A DNA stretch of 64,000 nt from Patescibacteria group bacterium (lineage in GTDB: Bacteria; Patescibacteriota; Patescibacteriia; UBA2591; UBA6264): the NCBI GenBank assembly GCA_021735685.1, contig JAIPGN010000001.1, positions 111,669-175,668 on the forward strand, given 5' to 3'. The notes under the pieces were generated by a model. It made no database searches, was not told where the DNA came from, and worked only from the letters and a program-made list of their open reading frames with translations. Within the stretch, counting starts at the first letter, position 1; each line of letters starts with the position of its first letter. The position numbers and the translations under genes were made by a program. This document shows, one piece after another, positions 47,447-57,185 of the stretch.

Positions 47447-48832
47447 ATGAATCTTGATTTTTTAACTAATCAGTATCTTCTTTTATTTTATCTGGAACAA
47501 GGTATTTATTATTTTGTTCGTTTTTTTTTCGGTTATGGAATTTGGATTCTTTTGACCCTTTTTATTTTAAGGATTTTTTGGAAACGTTGGACCAAAAAAA
47601 ACAAAAAAAAATATTTAGCTCAACAAAAATATGTACTTTTGGGTATCATCATGCCAAAGTATAATGAACAGGGACCAGAAACTCTAGAAAGATTTTTTGC
47701 TCACTTGTCAGGCATTAGAGAAAAATTCAGTTGGTGGGCGAAGAAAATTGAAGGAAAAACCCAGCTTAAGATATCTTTAGAAATAGTTAGTTTTGGTGGT
47801 AAGGTGCAATTTTTTATTCACACCCCAGTACAGTTTCAAGATTTAGTAGAATCTGCTATTTATACTTGTTATCCTTTTTTAGAAATTTTTGAGGCGCAGG
47901 AAGATTATGCCGTTAAGACGCAAGAGAAGTTTAATGAAGGAGAGGTAGATATCTGGGGAGCAGATTTGCATTTAGCAGAAAAAAATCCTATCCCTATTAG
48001 CACCTATCTTCAATTTGAACATAAATTAAGCAAAGAGTTAAAAGATCCTTTAACTGATTTATTAGAAATTTTGGGGAGAATGAGGGAAGGAGAAGAAGCT
48101 TGGGTTCAGTATGTAATTAGTCCCATTGATTCAGGTCTAAAAAAAGAGGGAGAGGGCATGATCGCCGATCTTTTGGCTGGCAAAAAGAGCAATAGTGGCA
48201 AAAATAATATTATTGACAAAATTGTTGCTGGATTAATGAAATTGTCCCAAGATGCGGTTGAGTTTATTAAGAATGTTTTTGACTTGCATCCCACCACTGA
48301 CGAATTTGAAGACAAGAAGAAGGGGGATTCGAAAACTTCTTCTGTTGACAAGCGTTTAATTGAAGCTATTCAAAACAAAATAGCAAAAATAGCTTTTCGG
48401 GCTGTAGTCCGCATAGTTTATGTAGCAGAAAGAGAAATTTTCGTCAAAAATAAAGGGTCAGTAAGTTTATTTAGTTCTTTTAATTCTTTTCAATCCATGA
48501 ACCTTAATAGGTTTAAAAAATCTTCTTGGGCTAAGGTTTCCAAGGGTGATTGGAACAAAAACAAGGTTTTAAATTTAAAAAAAGCTAAACTTTTGAAGAC
48601 TTACCAAAAAAGAGACTTTTCCTGGCGGGTGAGAACAGGCTTACCTAAAATAATAGATGACGTTAAGAAGTTTTTGGCTATCTCTGGATCTTCTCCTGAA
48701 GAAAAAACTATTTTAAATATTGAAGAACTCGCAACCCTTTATCATTTTCCAACCGATATTACCAAGTCTTCTGCCATCAGAAAGAGTACTGGCAAAAAAG
48801 CTGAATCGCCAACCGATTTACCAGTAGGTTAA
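47447..48832 (+). CDS. hypothetical protein with N-terminal membrane anchor
   Basis: 461 aa. The N-terminal ~45 aa are hydrophobic (1-2 TM) and the rest is hydrophilic and K/E-rich. No family recognised. Confidence 0.4.
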   Translation: MNLDFLTNQYLLLFYLEQGIYYFVRFFFGYGIWILLTLFILRIFWKRWTKKNKKKYLAQQKYVLLGIIMPKYNEQGPETLERFFAHLSGIREKFSWWAKKIEGKTQLKISLEIVSFGGKVQFFIHTPVQFQDLVESAIYTCYPFLEIFEAQEDYAVKTQEKFNEGEVDIWGADLHLAEKNPIPISTYLQFEHKLSKELKDPLTDLLEILGRMREGEEAWVQYVISPIDSGLKKEGEGMIADLLAGKKSNSGKNNIIDKIVAGLMKLSQDAVEFIKNVFDLHPTTDEFEDKKKGDSKTSSVDKRLIEAIQNKIAKIAFRAVVRIVYVAEREIFVKNKGSVSLFSSFNSFQSMNLNRFKKSSWAKVSKGDWNKNKVLNLKKAKLLKTYQKRDFSWRVRTGLPKIIDDVKKFLAISGSSPEEKTILNIEELATLYHFPTDITKSSAIRKSTGKKAESPTDLPVG

Positions 48833-48973
48833 GTAGAGTTAAAAAAATGTTAAAAAATTGACATTTTTCAAAAATTACCTCTAAAAACCTTTCCTTGATT
48901 GGTTTTTAGAGAAGCAGTTTTTGGGGTCTGGCCCCATTTGAAAAATTAAAATTTGGTTTGTTTATTTGATTAT

Positions 48974-49645
48974 ATGAAGCTTTATATTGTGGCTACTCCT
49001 TTAGGTAATTTGCAAGATTTGAGTCCTCGTGCTTTGGGGGTTTTTCAAAAAGTTAAATTTTTACTTTGCGAAGATACGAGAAAAACTCGTAAATTATTTT
49101 CCGCTTATCAAATTTCTGCGCCTCGTTTAATTAGTTATCATCAACATTCTAATCCCCAAAAAGTAAAAGAAATTATCCAATTATTGAAAAAGGGAGAAGA
49201 TTTAGCTCTGGTTTCTGATGCTGGGACGCCAGGAATTTCTGACCCCGGTAATAAATTAATTAGCCTGGCTTTAAAAGAAATTAATAATTTAGAGGTGGTT
49301 CCCATTCCCGGACCTTGTGCTCTCATTGCTGCTTTGTCTGTAGCTGGTTTTCCGTCAGATCGTTTTCTTTTCTATGGTTTTCTGCCTCGAAAAAAGGGAA
49401 GAAAGAAAATTTTACAGGAAATTAAAGAAAGTTCTTGGACGATTGTTTTTTATGAATCTGGCTACAGGATCAAAAAAACTCTAGAGGAATTAGAAGAAAT
49501 AGAGATGGAGAAAGATCTTGTGGTGGCCCGAGAGTTAACTAAAAAATTTGAAAGTATTTATCGGGGGTCAATTAAGGAAGTTCAACCCCTTTTAAAAGGA
49601 AAAAATTTAAAGGGAGAATTTACGGTAGTCATTAATAATCAATAA
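48974..49645 (+). CDS. rsmI: 16S rRNA (cytidine1402-2'-O)-methyltransferase RsmI (tetrapyrrole-methylase fold)
   Basis: 'LYIVATPLGNLQDLSPRALGVFQKVKFLLCEDTRKTRKLF' is the RsmI N-terminal signature. The start was placed at the internal ATG (MKLYIV). Confidence 0.8.
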   Translation: MKLYIVATPLGNLQDLSPRALGVFQKVKFLLCEDTRKTRKLFSAYQISAPRLISYHQHSNPQKVKEIIQLLKKGEDLALVSDAGTPGISDPGNKLISLALKEINNLEVVPIPGPCALIAALSVAGFPSDRFLFYGFLPRKKGRKKILQEIKESSWTIVFYESGYRIKKTLEELEEIEMEKDLVVARELTKKFESIYRGSIKEVQPLLKGKNLKGEFTVVINNQ

Positions 49646-49653
49646 TTTTTCTT

Positions 49654-51159
49654 ATGAATAAGTTTTATATTACTACTCCTATTTACTATGTTAATTCTTA
49701 TCCGCATTTAGGGAGCGCTTATACTACAGTGGCTGCTGATGTTTTGGCCCGTTTTCATCGAATGAGAGGAGAGGAGGTCTTTTTTTTAACTGGTACGGAC
49801 GAACACGGATCTAAGGTGGCTGAAGCCGCAGCTCAGAAAAAAACTGAACCGCAGAAATTATGCGATCAAGTTACAGCCAAATACGAAGAAGTTTGGGATA
49901 CTCTAAAAATATCTTATAATTATTTTATTCGCACCACTGATTCTCAACATGCTCAGACGGTGCGTTATTTTTTAAATTCTTTAAAAGAAAAAGGACTAAT
50001 CTACAAAGGTCAATATCAAGGTCTTTATTGCCTTGGTTGCGAGCGATATTATACGGAAAAGGAATTAGTGGACGGTCAATGTCCTTTTCATAAGAAAAAG
50101 CCAATCAGTTTTTCCGAAGAGTGCTATTTTTTTAAATTATCTGCTTTTCAAGAAAAATTATTAAAACTAATTCGGAGCCAGAAGTTAATAATTGAGCCTC
50201 AGGAGAGAAGAAATGAGCTTTTGTCTTTCTTGGAACGCAATCAATTGGAAGATTTGGCAGTTTCTCGAGCTAATGTAAAATGGGGAATTCCTTTGCCTTG
50301 GGATTCTCAGCAGACAGCTTATGTCTGGATAGATGCTCTTCTTAACTATCTTTCTGGTTTAGGTTGGCAAGGAGATTCTCAAAAAATATCAGATTTTTGG
50401 CCACCTGATGTTCAGCTTTTAGGAAAAGATATTTTGCGTTTTCATTTGGTAATTTGGCCAGCTTTGCTTTTGGCTTTAGATATTCCGTTACCTCGTCGAC
50501 TTTATGTGCACGGTTTTTTCACTATTAATGGTCAAAAAATGGGCAAATCTTTGGGCAATGCTCTTGATCCAGAGAAAATGGCTGAAGTTTTTGGAGTGGA
50601 TGCTTTGCGTTGGTTAATGCTTTCTTCTTTTCCCTTTGGGCAAGATGGTGATATTTCTCAATCTAAATTTTATGATCAGTATCAAGCCCAATTAGCCAAT
50701 GGTCTGGGAAATCTTTTCCGTCGAGTTTTAACCTTGGCGGCTAAAAGTGATCAAGATTTTACTCCTCCTCAGAAAGAAGAGAAAAAAATAATAAAAATTT
50801 TACAACAGACTTGGAAAATTTATGAAAAATCTTTAGATGATTTAAAGTTTGAAGCAGCCATTGAAAGTGTTCGAAAAGTAATAGCTGAAGCTGATCGGTA
50901 TGTGGATCAAAATAAGCCTTGGGAATTACTGAAAAAAGATTTTTCTCGTTATCAAGAAGTAATTTATCATCTTTTGGAAATCTTACGCCATTTGGGTTGG
51001 CTAATTCGCCCCTTTATGCCCGACAAGAGCGATCTTATTTTTAAAGGTTTGAATTTAGAGCTTGCTGAAAAAAAGAAAAGTTTAATTCAGGGCAAGAAGT
51101 GGGGAGGCACAATTTTTTCGCCAACACCCTTGGAAGAAATTTTATTTCCCCGTCTTTAG
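49654..51159 (+). CDS. metG: methionine--tRNA ligase (short form without C-terminal tRNA-binding domain)
   Basis: 'YITTPIYYVNSYPHLGSAYTTVAADVLARFHRMRG' (HLGS variant of HIGH), a zinc knuckle CLGCERY...CPFH and 'KMGKSLGN' (KMSKS) are present. Confidence 0.9.
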   Translation: MNKFYITTPIYYVNSYPHLGSAYTTVAADVLARFHRMRGEEVFFLTGTDEHGSKVAEAAAQKKTEPQKLCDQVTAKYEEVWDTLKISYNYFIRTTDSQHAQTVRYFLNSLKEKGLIYKGQYQGLYCLGCERYYTEKELVDGQCPFHKKKPISFSEECYFFKLSAFQEKLLKLIRSQKLIIEPQERRNELLSFLERNQLEDLAVSRANVKWGIPLPWDSQQTAYVWIDALLNYLSGLGWQGDSQKISDFWPPDVQLLGKDILRFHLVIWPALLLALDIPLPRRLYVHGFFTINGQKMGKSLGNALDPEKMAEVFGVDALRWLMLSSFPFGQDGDISQSKFYDQYQAQLANGLGNLFRRVLTLAAKSDQDFTPPQKEEKKIIKILQQTWKIYEKSLDDLKFEAAIESVRKVIAEADRYVDQNKPWELLKKDFSRYQEVIYHLLEILRHLGWLIRPFMPDKSDLIFKGLNLELAEKKKSLIQGKKWGGTIFSPTPLEEILFPRL

Positions 51160-51211
51160 GAGAAGAACCAAGCAACTAAGTTTATTTTTTAATTAATTTC
51201 AATTAATTGTT

Positions 51212-51712
51212 ATGACTTTATTTGATTTAATTTTATTTCTCATTTTGTTTGGTTTTATTTGGTTTGGCTTGTGGCACGGATTAATTAGAACCATTAGTGG
51301 TATTGTGGGCTTTGTTTTGTCTTTGATCGTGGCGGGTCGTTGGTATGAATTTTTAGCAATTAAGCTTTTGCCTTTTTTGAATGATAATTTTTTGTTTGCT
51401 CGGATTTTGGGTTTCCTGATTATTTTTGCCTTAGCCCAGGCTGTTTTCTTTTTTATCTTTCGGGCCTTGAACAAAATTTTCGATTTTTCTATTCTTAAAA
51501 TTTTTAATCGTTTGGCTGGAGCCTTATTTGGATTTTTCCAAGGAGCTTTAATTGTTGGTTTGGTTTTGTATTTTTCCTCTAAACTTCCTTTAGGCTCCAC
51601 TTGGTCTCAGCTTTTAGAGAATTCTTTTTTGGCTGGAATTTTAATGAGTTTAAGCAACATTTTGTTGCCTTTAATTCCGCGAGCCATTAAAGAAGTGCAA
51701 TCATTAATTTAA
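51212..51712 (+). CDS. cvpA: CvpA (colicin V production) family membrane protein
   Basis: 166 aa with 4 TM segments. The N-terminus 'LFDLILFLILFGFIWFGLWHGLIRT' is typical of CvpA. Confidence 0.7.
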   Translation: MTLFDLILFLILFGFIWFGLWHGLIRTISGIVGFVLSLIVAGRWYEFLAIKLLPFLNDNFLFARILGFLIIFALAQAVFFFIFRALNKIFDFSILKIFNRLAGALFGFFQGALIVGLVLYFSSKLPLGSTWSQLLENSFLAGILMSLSNILLPLIPRAIKEVQSLI

Positions 51713-51739
51713 TTAATAAGCTAAGTAAATTATATAATT

Positions 51740-53830
51740 ATGTCTTCAAACATCTCTAAAATCAAGAAAAGGAATAACAAGATCGTTGATTTTAATAAAA
51801 CTAAAATTGTGGAAGCTATTTATAAGGCCATTCTCGCAGTAAAAGGAGAAGATGGTAAAGATTCTAAAAAATTAGCCGATCAAGTAGTTAAAATTTTAGG
51901 AAAGCGTTTCTCTAATAAAATTCCCCACGTAGAAGATGTGCAAGACATAGTAGAGCAAGTTTTAATTCATGCCGACTTGGCTGATGTGGCTCGCGCTTAT
52001 ATTCTTTATCGAGAACAAAGACGTCAGGCTAGAGAAATTATTAATGAGAGCGACAAAAGCGTTGATTTAGTAGAAAAATATTTGTCGGAAGGAGATTGGG
52101 AGATTAAGGAAAACGCCAATATGACTTATTCTTTACAAGGATTGAATAATTATATCGCGGGTCTGGCTAGTAAAAAATATTGGTTAAATAAAATTTATCC
52201 TCAAGAAATCAGAAAGGCGGTTGAGGATGGTAATTTTCATATTCATGATTTGAGCTCTTTGAGCACATATTGCATGGGTTGGGATTTGCAAGATTTTTTG
52301 CTCAAGGGATTTACTGGAGTAGCGGGTAAAATATCATCTGGGCCGGCCAAACATTTTCGTTCTGCCCTGGGGCAAGTGGTAAACTTTTTCTACACCTTGC
52401 AAGGAGAGGCAGCTGGAGCGGAAGCCTTTTCTTCCTTTGACACTTATTTGGCTCCTTTTATTGCTTACGACAAGCTTAATTATCGACAAGTGAAGCAGGC
52501 CTTACAAGAATTTTTGTTTAATTGTAATGTTCCTACTCGAGTTGGCTTCCAAACTCCCTTTACTAATATTACTTTAGACCTCAAAGTCCCTCGCAATATG
52601 TCTAAACAACCGGTTATTATTGGAGGAGAGCTTCAAAAAAAGACTTATGGCGAGTTTCAAAAAGAAATGAACATGCTTAATCGTGCCTTTTATGAATTAA
52701 TTATGGAGGGTGATTCCAGCCAAAGAGTTTTTACTTTTCCTATTCCTACAATTAATATTACCAAGGATTTCGATTGGGATAATCCCGATTATGAGCCGAT
52801 GTGGGAAGCGACCGCTAAATATGGCATTAACTATTTTTCTAATTTTATTAATTCGGACTTAGACCCCGAAGATATCAGAAGTATGTGTTGCCGCTTGCGT
52901 CTTAATAATAAAGAGCTTCATCACCGTGGCGGCGGGCTTTTTGGAAGCGCTCCTTTGACTGGGAGCGTGGGGGTGGTCACGATTAATCTTCCTCAGATTG
53001 GATATTTAACTCAAACTAAAAAAGAATTTTTAGATCGTTTGGGACTTTTAATGGATTTAGCCAGAGAGAGTTTGGAGATCAAAAGAAAGGTTTTAGAAAA
53101 TTTTATGCAAAAAGGGCTTTATCCTTATTCTAAATTTTATTTATCCAGTATTAAAAAAATGCGAGGAACTTATTTGGCTAATCATTTTTCAACAATTGGC
53201 TTGGTGGGGATGAATGAAGCTTTATTAAACTTTAAAGGAGAAGACATTACTTCATCCAAGGGCCAAAAATTAGCTTTAGAGATTTTAGATTATATGCGTC
53301 AGCGTTTATTAAAATATCAAGAGAAGACTGGGCATATTTATAATTTAGAAGCCACCCCTGCCGAAGGAACCAGTTATCGTTTGGCCAAAATAGACAAAAA
53401 GAAATACCCAGACATTATTACTGCTGGCAGTGGGACATTTTACTATACTAATTCCAGTCAATTGCCGGTTGATTATTCGGGAGGTTTGTTTAATGCCCTG
53501 GAATTGCAAGATAAAATACAAATTAAATACACAGGAGGAACAGTTTTTCACGCCTTTTTGGGAGAGAAAATTTTTGATTCAGCAGTAGTTAAGAGTTTAA
53601 TTAAAAAAGTTTTTACTAAATTTCGTTTACCTTACTTTACCCTAAGCCCGACTTTTAGCATTTGTCCAGAACATGGTTATTTAAGCGGTGAACATTTTAC
53701 TTGCCCTCATTGTCAGGCTCGAGCGGAAGTTTATTCTCGTATTGTTGGTTATTTGCGGCCAGTGCAGCAATGGAACAAAGGTAAGCGAGAAGAGTTTGGA
53801 GAAAGAGAGACTTTTGATCCTAAATTATGA
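51740..53830 (+). CDS. nrdD: anaerobic ribonucleoside-triphosphate reductase (class III RNR)
   Basis: Shows an N-terminal ATP-cone. The C-terminus has the zinc ribbon 'CPEHGYLSGEHFTCPHC' and the glycyl-radical motif 'RIVGYLRPVQQWNKGKREE'. Confidence 0.9.
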   Translation: MSSNISKIKKRNNKIVDFNKTKIVEAIYKAILAVKGEDGKDSKKLADQVVKILGKRFSNKIPHVEDVQDIVEQVLIHADLADVARAYILYREQRRQAREIINESDKSVDLVEKYLSEGDWEIKENANMTYSLQGLNNYIAGLASKKYWLNKIYPQEIRKAVEDGNFHIHDLSSLSTYCMGWDLQDFLLKGFTGVAGKISSGPAKHFRSALGQVVNFFYTLQGEAAGAEAFSSFDTYLAPFIAYDKLNYRQVKQALQEFLFNCNVPTRVGFQTPFTNITLDLKVPRNMSKQPVIIGGELQKKTYGEFQKEMNMLNRAFYELIMEGDSSQRVFTFPIPTINITKDFDWDNPDYEPMWEATAKYGINYFSNFINSDLDPEDIRSMCCRLRLNNKELHHRGGGLFGSAPLTGSVGVVTINLPQIGYLTQTKKEFLDRLGLLMDLARESLEIKRKVLENFMQKGLYPYSKFYLSSIKKMRGTYLANHFSTIGLVGMNEALLNFKGEDITSSKGQKLALEILDYMRQRLLKYQEKTGHIYNLEATPAEGTSYRLAKIDKKKYPDIITAGSGTFYYTNSSQLPVDYSGGLFNALELQDKIQIKYTGGTVFHAFLGEKIFDSAVVKSLIKKVFTKFRLPYFTLSPTFSICPEHGYLSGEHFTCPHCQARAEVYSRIVGYLRPVQQWNKGKREEFGERETFDPKL

Positions 53831-54528
53831 TTTTTTGCGGTTGGCAAAAAGAATCTTTTAACGAATGGCCTGGTAAAATTTCTTCGGTTGTTTTTGTAAG
53901 TGGTTGTAATTTTCGTTGCCCTTTTTGTCATAATGCCGGCTTGATTTTTAGGCCAGATAATTTTCCTCAGATTAAAGAAAAAGAGGTTATTGATTATTGT
54001 AGGAAAAATAAAGATTTTTTAGACGCCCTAGCCTTGACTGGAGGAGAGCCTTTATTAAGGCCTATTTCAGAAATAAAAGATTTTGTTCAAAAAATAAAAT
54101 CTTTAGGATTGTTGGTCGCTATTGAAACTAATGGTTCCCAACCCAAGATAATTTCTGCTTTAATGCGTACCAGATTGGTTGATTATTGGGCGATGGACAT
54201 TAAGGCACCTTTAGAGGAAGACAAGTATTATTTTTCCACTGGCGTTAAAATTGACTTGAATGATATTAAGAAAAGTATTAAGATAATAATGGATTCAGCT
54301 CAAGATTATGAATTTCGGACTACGGTTGTTCCTTCTCTTTTAAAAAAAGAAGATTTAATGAAAATAGGAAAAGAAATTAAGGGAGCTCGTTGTTATTATC
54401 TTCAGCAATTTCGAAATCAAAACACCCTTGATCAATCTTGGCGAGAGATTAAGCCTTATGATTTAGAATGGTTTAAAGATGTTCAATCCAAAATTAAAGG
54501 CCCGCAAAAAATTAAAATTCGTATTTAA
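53827..54528 (+). CDS. nrdG: anaerobic ribonucleotide reductase activating protein (radical SAM)
   Basis: 'GCNFRCPFCHN' (CX3CX2C) is present. Its start overlaps the nrdD stop (ATGA). Confidence 0.85.
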   Translation: MIFCGWQKESFNEWPGKISSVVFVSGCNFRCPFCHNAGLIFRPDNFPQIKEKEVIDYCRKNKDFLDALALTGGEPLLRPISEIKDFVQKIKSLGLLVAIETNGSQPKIISALMRTRLVDYWAMDIKAPLEEDKYYFSTGVKIDLNDIKKSIKIIMDSAQDYEFRTTVVPSLLKKEDLMKIGKEIKGARCYYLQQFRNQNTLDQSWREIKPYDLEWFKDVQSKIKGPQKIKIRI

Positions 54529-54559
54529 TTATGTTGTTTAATTTTTAAAAATAGATAAT

Positions 54560-55960
54560 ATGTTTTTCAAGAAAATATTTTCTCCTTCCAAACCTGATTT
54601 TTTAAAGGACGGAGAAGAGGCTAAAGTTATTTGGACTGAAAAAAAACCAGCCCCCAAAAAGAAAACTGGTACTTTTTTTACTTTACGTTTCAAGTTAAGG
54701 CCGATTATGGTTATGATGATAGTGAGTATGATTATTGGTGCTCTTGCTGGCGGCTTTTCTGGTTATTATTCGGCTAGTTATTTTGTTGCCGAATTTATGA
54801 CCACCCCCTCTCAATTAAATTCTTCTTCTATTTTCTTGCAGCGATATCAAGAGCAAAAAGAGTTTTCAGCAACAAGTGGAGAAGATCAAGCTGTGGAGGA
54901 GATAGTAGAATTGATTAGTCCTTCGGTTGTTAATATTATTGTAACTAAAGAAGTTTCTTCTTATAGCAGCCCAGACCCTTTTAATAATTTTTTCTGGGAC
55001 TTGCCTTCTTGGCCGGATAATTTTTTTGGTCCTCAAATTCCAGAAAATTCTGGACCAGAACAACCGCAACAAGAAAAAAAGGAGAAAAGACAAATTGGCG
55101 GAGGAACTGGTTTTGTGATTTCTTCTCAAAAGGGCTTAGTTTTAACTAATAAACATGTGGTTAGCGATTTGGAAGCAGAGTATACGGTCACCACTAATGA
55201 CGGAGAGAGTTTTACGGCCACAGTTTTAGCTCGCGACCCCTTCAATGATATTGCTATTTTACAAGTTGAGGGTTTAGATTTATCAGCAGTTAAATTAGGG
55301 AATTCAAATCAATTAAAAATTGGGCAAACCGTTATTGCCATTGGTAATGCTTTGGGAGAATATCGAAATACAGTTACCAAGGGAGTGGTTAGTGGAATTA
55401 GTCGCAAGGTGATTGCTGGAGACGCTTATGGCTCTTCTGAAATTTTAGAAGACGTGATTCAAACCGACGCTGCCATTAATTTTGGTAATTCCGGAGGGCC
55501 TTTAATTAACCTCAAGGGAGAGGTGATTGGAATTAATACAGCTATCAATCGAGAAGGACAATTGATCGGTTTTGCTATTCCAGTCAATCAAGCCAAAAGG
55601 GCCATTGAAAGCGTTGAGGAGTATGGTTATATTGTTCGTCCTTATATTGGAGTTAGGTATATTTTAATTAATAAGGATATTGCCGAGAAAAATAATTTAG
55701 ATATAGATTATGGTGCTTTAATTGTGCGGGGTTCGGAAACCTCAGAATTGGCAGTTATTCCCGGATCACCAGCTAATGAGGTGGGCTTAGTTGAAAATGA
55801 TATTATTTTAGAGGTGGATGGGCAAAAAATAACAGAAGATTATTCTTTGTCACGGATAATTCAGGAACATCAACCTGGTGATGAAGTGGGGTTAAAAGTT
55901 TTTCATCAAGGAGAAGAGAAAATGGTTAATATCATTCTAGGTGAATATCAGGCTGATTAA
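54560..55960 (+). CDS. htrA: HtrA/DegP-family serine protease (S1C) with N-terminal membrane anchor and C-terminal PDZ
   Basis: The catalytic triad context 'TNKHVV' (His), 'DIAIL' (Asp) and 'GNSGGPLIN' (Ser) is present, followed by a PDZ domain. Confidence 0.85.
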   Translation: MFFKKIFSPSKPDFLKDGEEAKVIWTEKKPAPKKKTGTFFTLRFKLRPIMVMMIVSMIIGALAGGFSGYYSASYFVAEFMTTPSQLNSSSIFLQRYQEQKEFSATSGEDQAVEEIVELISPSVVNIIVTKEVSSYSSPDPFNNFFWDLPSWPDNFFGPQIPENSGPEQPQQEKKEKRQIGGGTGFVISSQKGLVLTNKHVVSDLEAEYTVTTNDGESFTATVLARDPFNDIAILQVEGLDLSAVKLGNSNQLKIGQTVIAIGNALGEYRNTVTKGVVSGISRKVIAGDAYGSSEILEDVIQTDAAINFGNSGGPLINLKGEVIGINTAINREGQLIGFAIPVNQAKRAIESVEEYGYIVRPYIGVRYILINKDIAEKNNLDIDYGALIVRGSETSELAVIPGSPANEVGLVENDIILEVDGQKITEDYSLSRIIQEHQPGDEVGLKVFHQGEEKMVNIILGEYQAD

Positions 55961-56043
55961 CCTTATGAATAAAAATAAAAATATTGAAAAAGTTTGGAGC
56001 CGGAGTCTCTAAACTTTTTAATTTTTGTTATAATATATAGTAT

Positions 56044-57138
56044 ATGGAAATGTCTGAATTAATTTCAGAGTTAAATGATTTTCATCAGAGATTATCTCAG
56101 ATGCGAGATTTTTTTGATATTGAAGGCCTTAAGAATAAAATTAAAAGCTTAGAAATAGAAATGACTCAACCAGACTTTTGGAGTGAGAACAAAAGAGCTT
56201 CCAAAAAATCAAAGGAATTAGCGGACCATAAAGGCACTTTAGAGGAATGGCAAGATTTAACTAATTCCATAAATAATTGTTTAGAAATAGCGACTTTGGA
56301 TCAAGAAAATCAAGAGGTTAGTCTAAGGAAAGACTTAGAGAAAGAATTAGGAAGAATCAAGAAAAAATTATTACGCCTAGAGAGAGCCACTTTTCTTTCT
56401 GGTCAATATGATCGTAAGGATGCCTTGCTTTCTATTTTTGCCGGAGCTGGCGGAGTTGATGCTCAAGATTGGTCGGAAATATTGGCTCGAATGTATTTGC
56501 GTTTTGCAGAAAAAATGAACTGGAGTTTTGAAATCGTTGAGCAATCTAAGGGCACGGAGGCAGGAATTAAAAGCGCAACTATAGAAATTAAAGGGCGTTT
56601 TGCTTACGGATTTTTAAAAGAAGAATCAGGGGTTCATCGTTTGGTTCGGATTTCTCCTTTTGACGCGGAAAAAATGAGACACACTTCTTTTGCTATGGTG
56701 AGTGTTTTGCCAGAATTAGAGGAAGTAGAAGTGGATATCAATCCTGATGATTTGAGAATTGATACTTTTTTAGCTTCTGGGCACGGAGGGCAAAATGTAC
56801 AAAAGAATGAAACCGCAGTGCGTATTACTCATTTACCCACTAAGCTTACCGCCGCTTGTCAAAGTGAGCGATCACAGAGTCAAAATAAAGAAAACGCATT
56901 AAAAATTTTAAAATCCAAACTATATTATTATTTACAATTAGAAAGAGAAGAAGAAAAGGAGCGTTTGAGGGGTGAATTTAAATCAGCCTCTTGGGGCAAT
57001 CAAATTCGTTCTTATGTTTTACATCCTTATAAGATGATCAAAGATTTGCGCAGCGGTTATGAGAGTAATGACCCTGAGAAAATTTTAGATGGAGATTTGG
57101 AAGAAGTTATTGAAAGTTGCCTTCGTCAACAAAAATAG
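56044..57138 (+). CDS. prfB: peptide chain release factor 2 (encoded in a single frame, no programmed +1 frameshift)
   Basis: The SPF tripeptide ('RISPFDAEK') specifies RF2. The GGQ motif 'SGHGGQNVQKNETAVRITHLPT' is present. A continuous 364-aa ORF. Confidence 0.9.
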   Translation: MEMSELISELNDFHQRLSQMRDFFDIEGLKNKIKSLEIEMTQPDFWSENKRASKKSKELADHKGTLEEWQDLTNSINNCLEIATLDQENQEVSLRKDLEKELGRIKKKLLRLERATFLSGQYDRKDALLSIFAGAGGVDAQDWSEILARMYLRFAEKMNWSFEIVEQSKGTEAGIKSATIEIKGRFAYGFLKEESGVHRLVRISPFDAEKMRHTSFAMVSVLPELEEVEVDINPDDLRIDTFLASGHGGQNVQKNETAVRITHLPTKLTAACQSERSQSQNKENALKILKSKLYYYLQLEREEEKERLRGEFKSASWGNQIRSYVLHPYKMIKDLRSGYESNDPEKILDGDLEEVIESCLRQQK

Positions 57139-57185
57139 ACATTAAAGGCATGGGAATTGGAATTTTATATTAATCATTTAATTTT

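Noticed and set aside
56044-57138. Expected programmed +1 frameshift in prfB.
   Set aside because: RF2 is encoded as one continuous 364-aa ORF. No in-frame early UGA or CUU-UGA shifty site is present, so it was annotated as a normal CDS.
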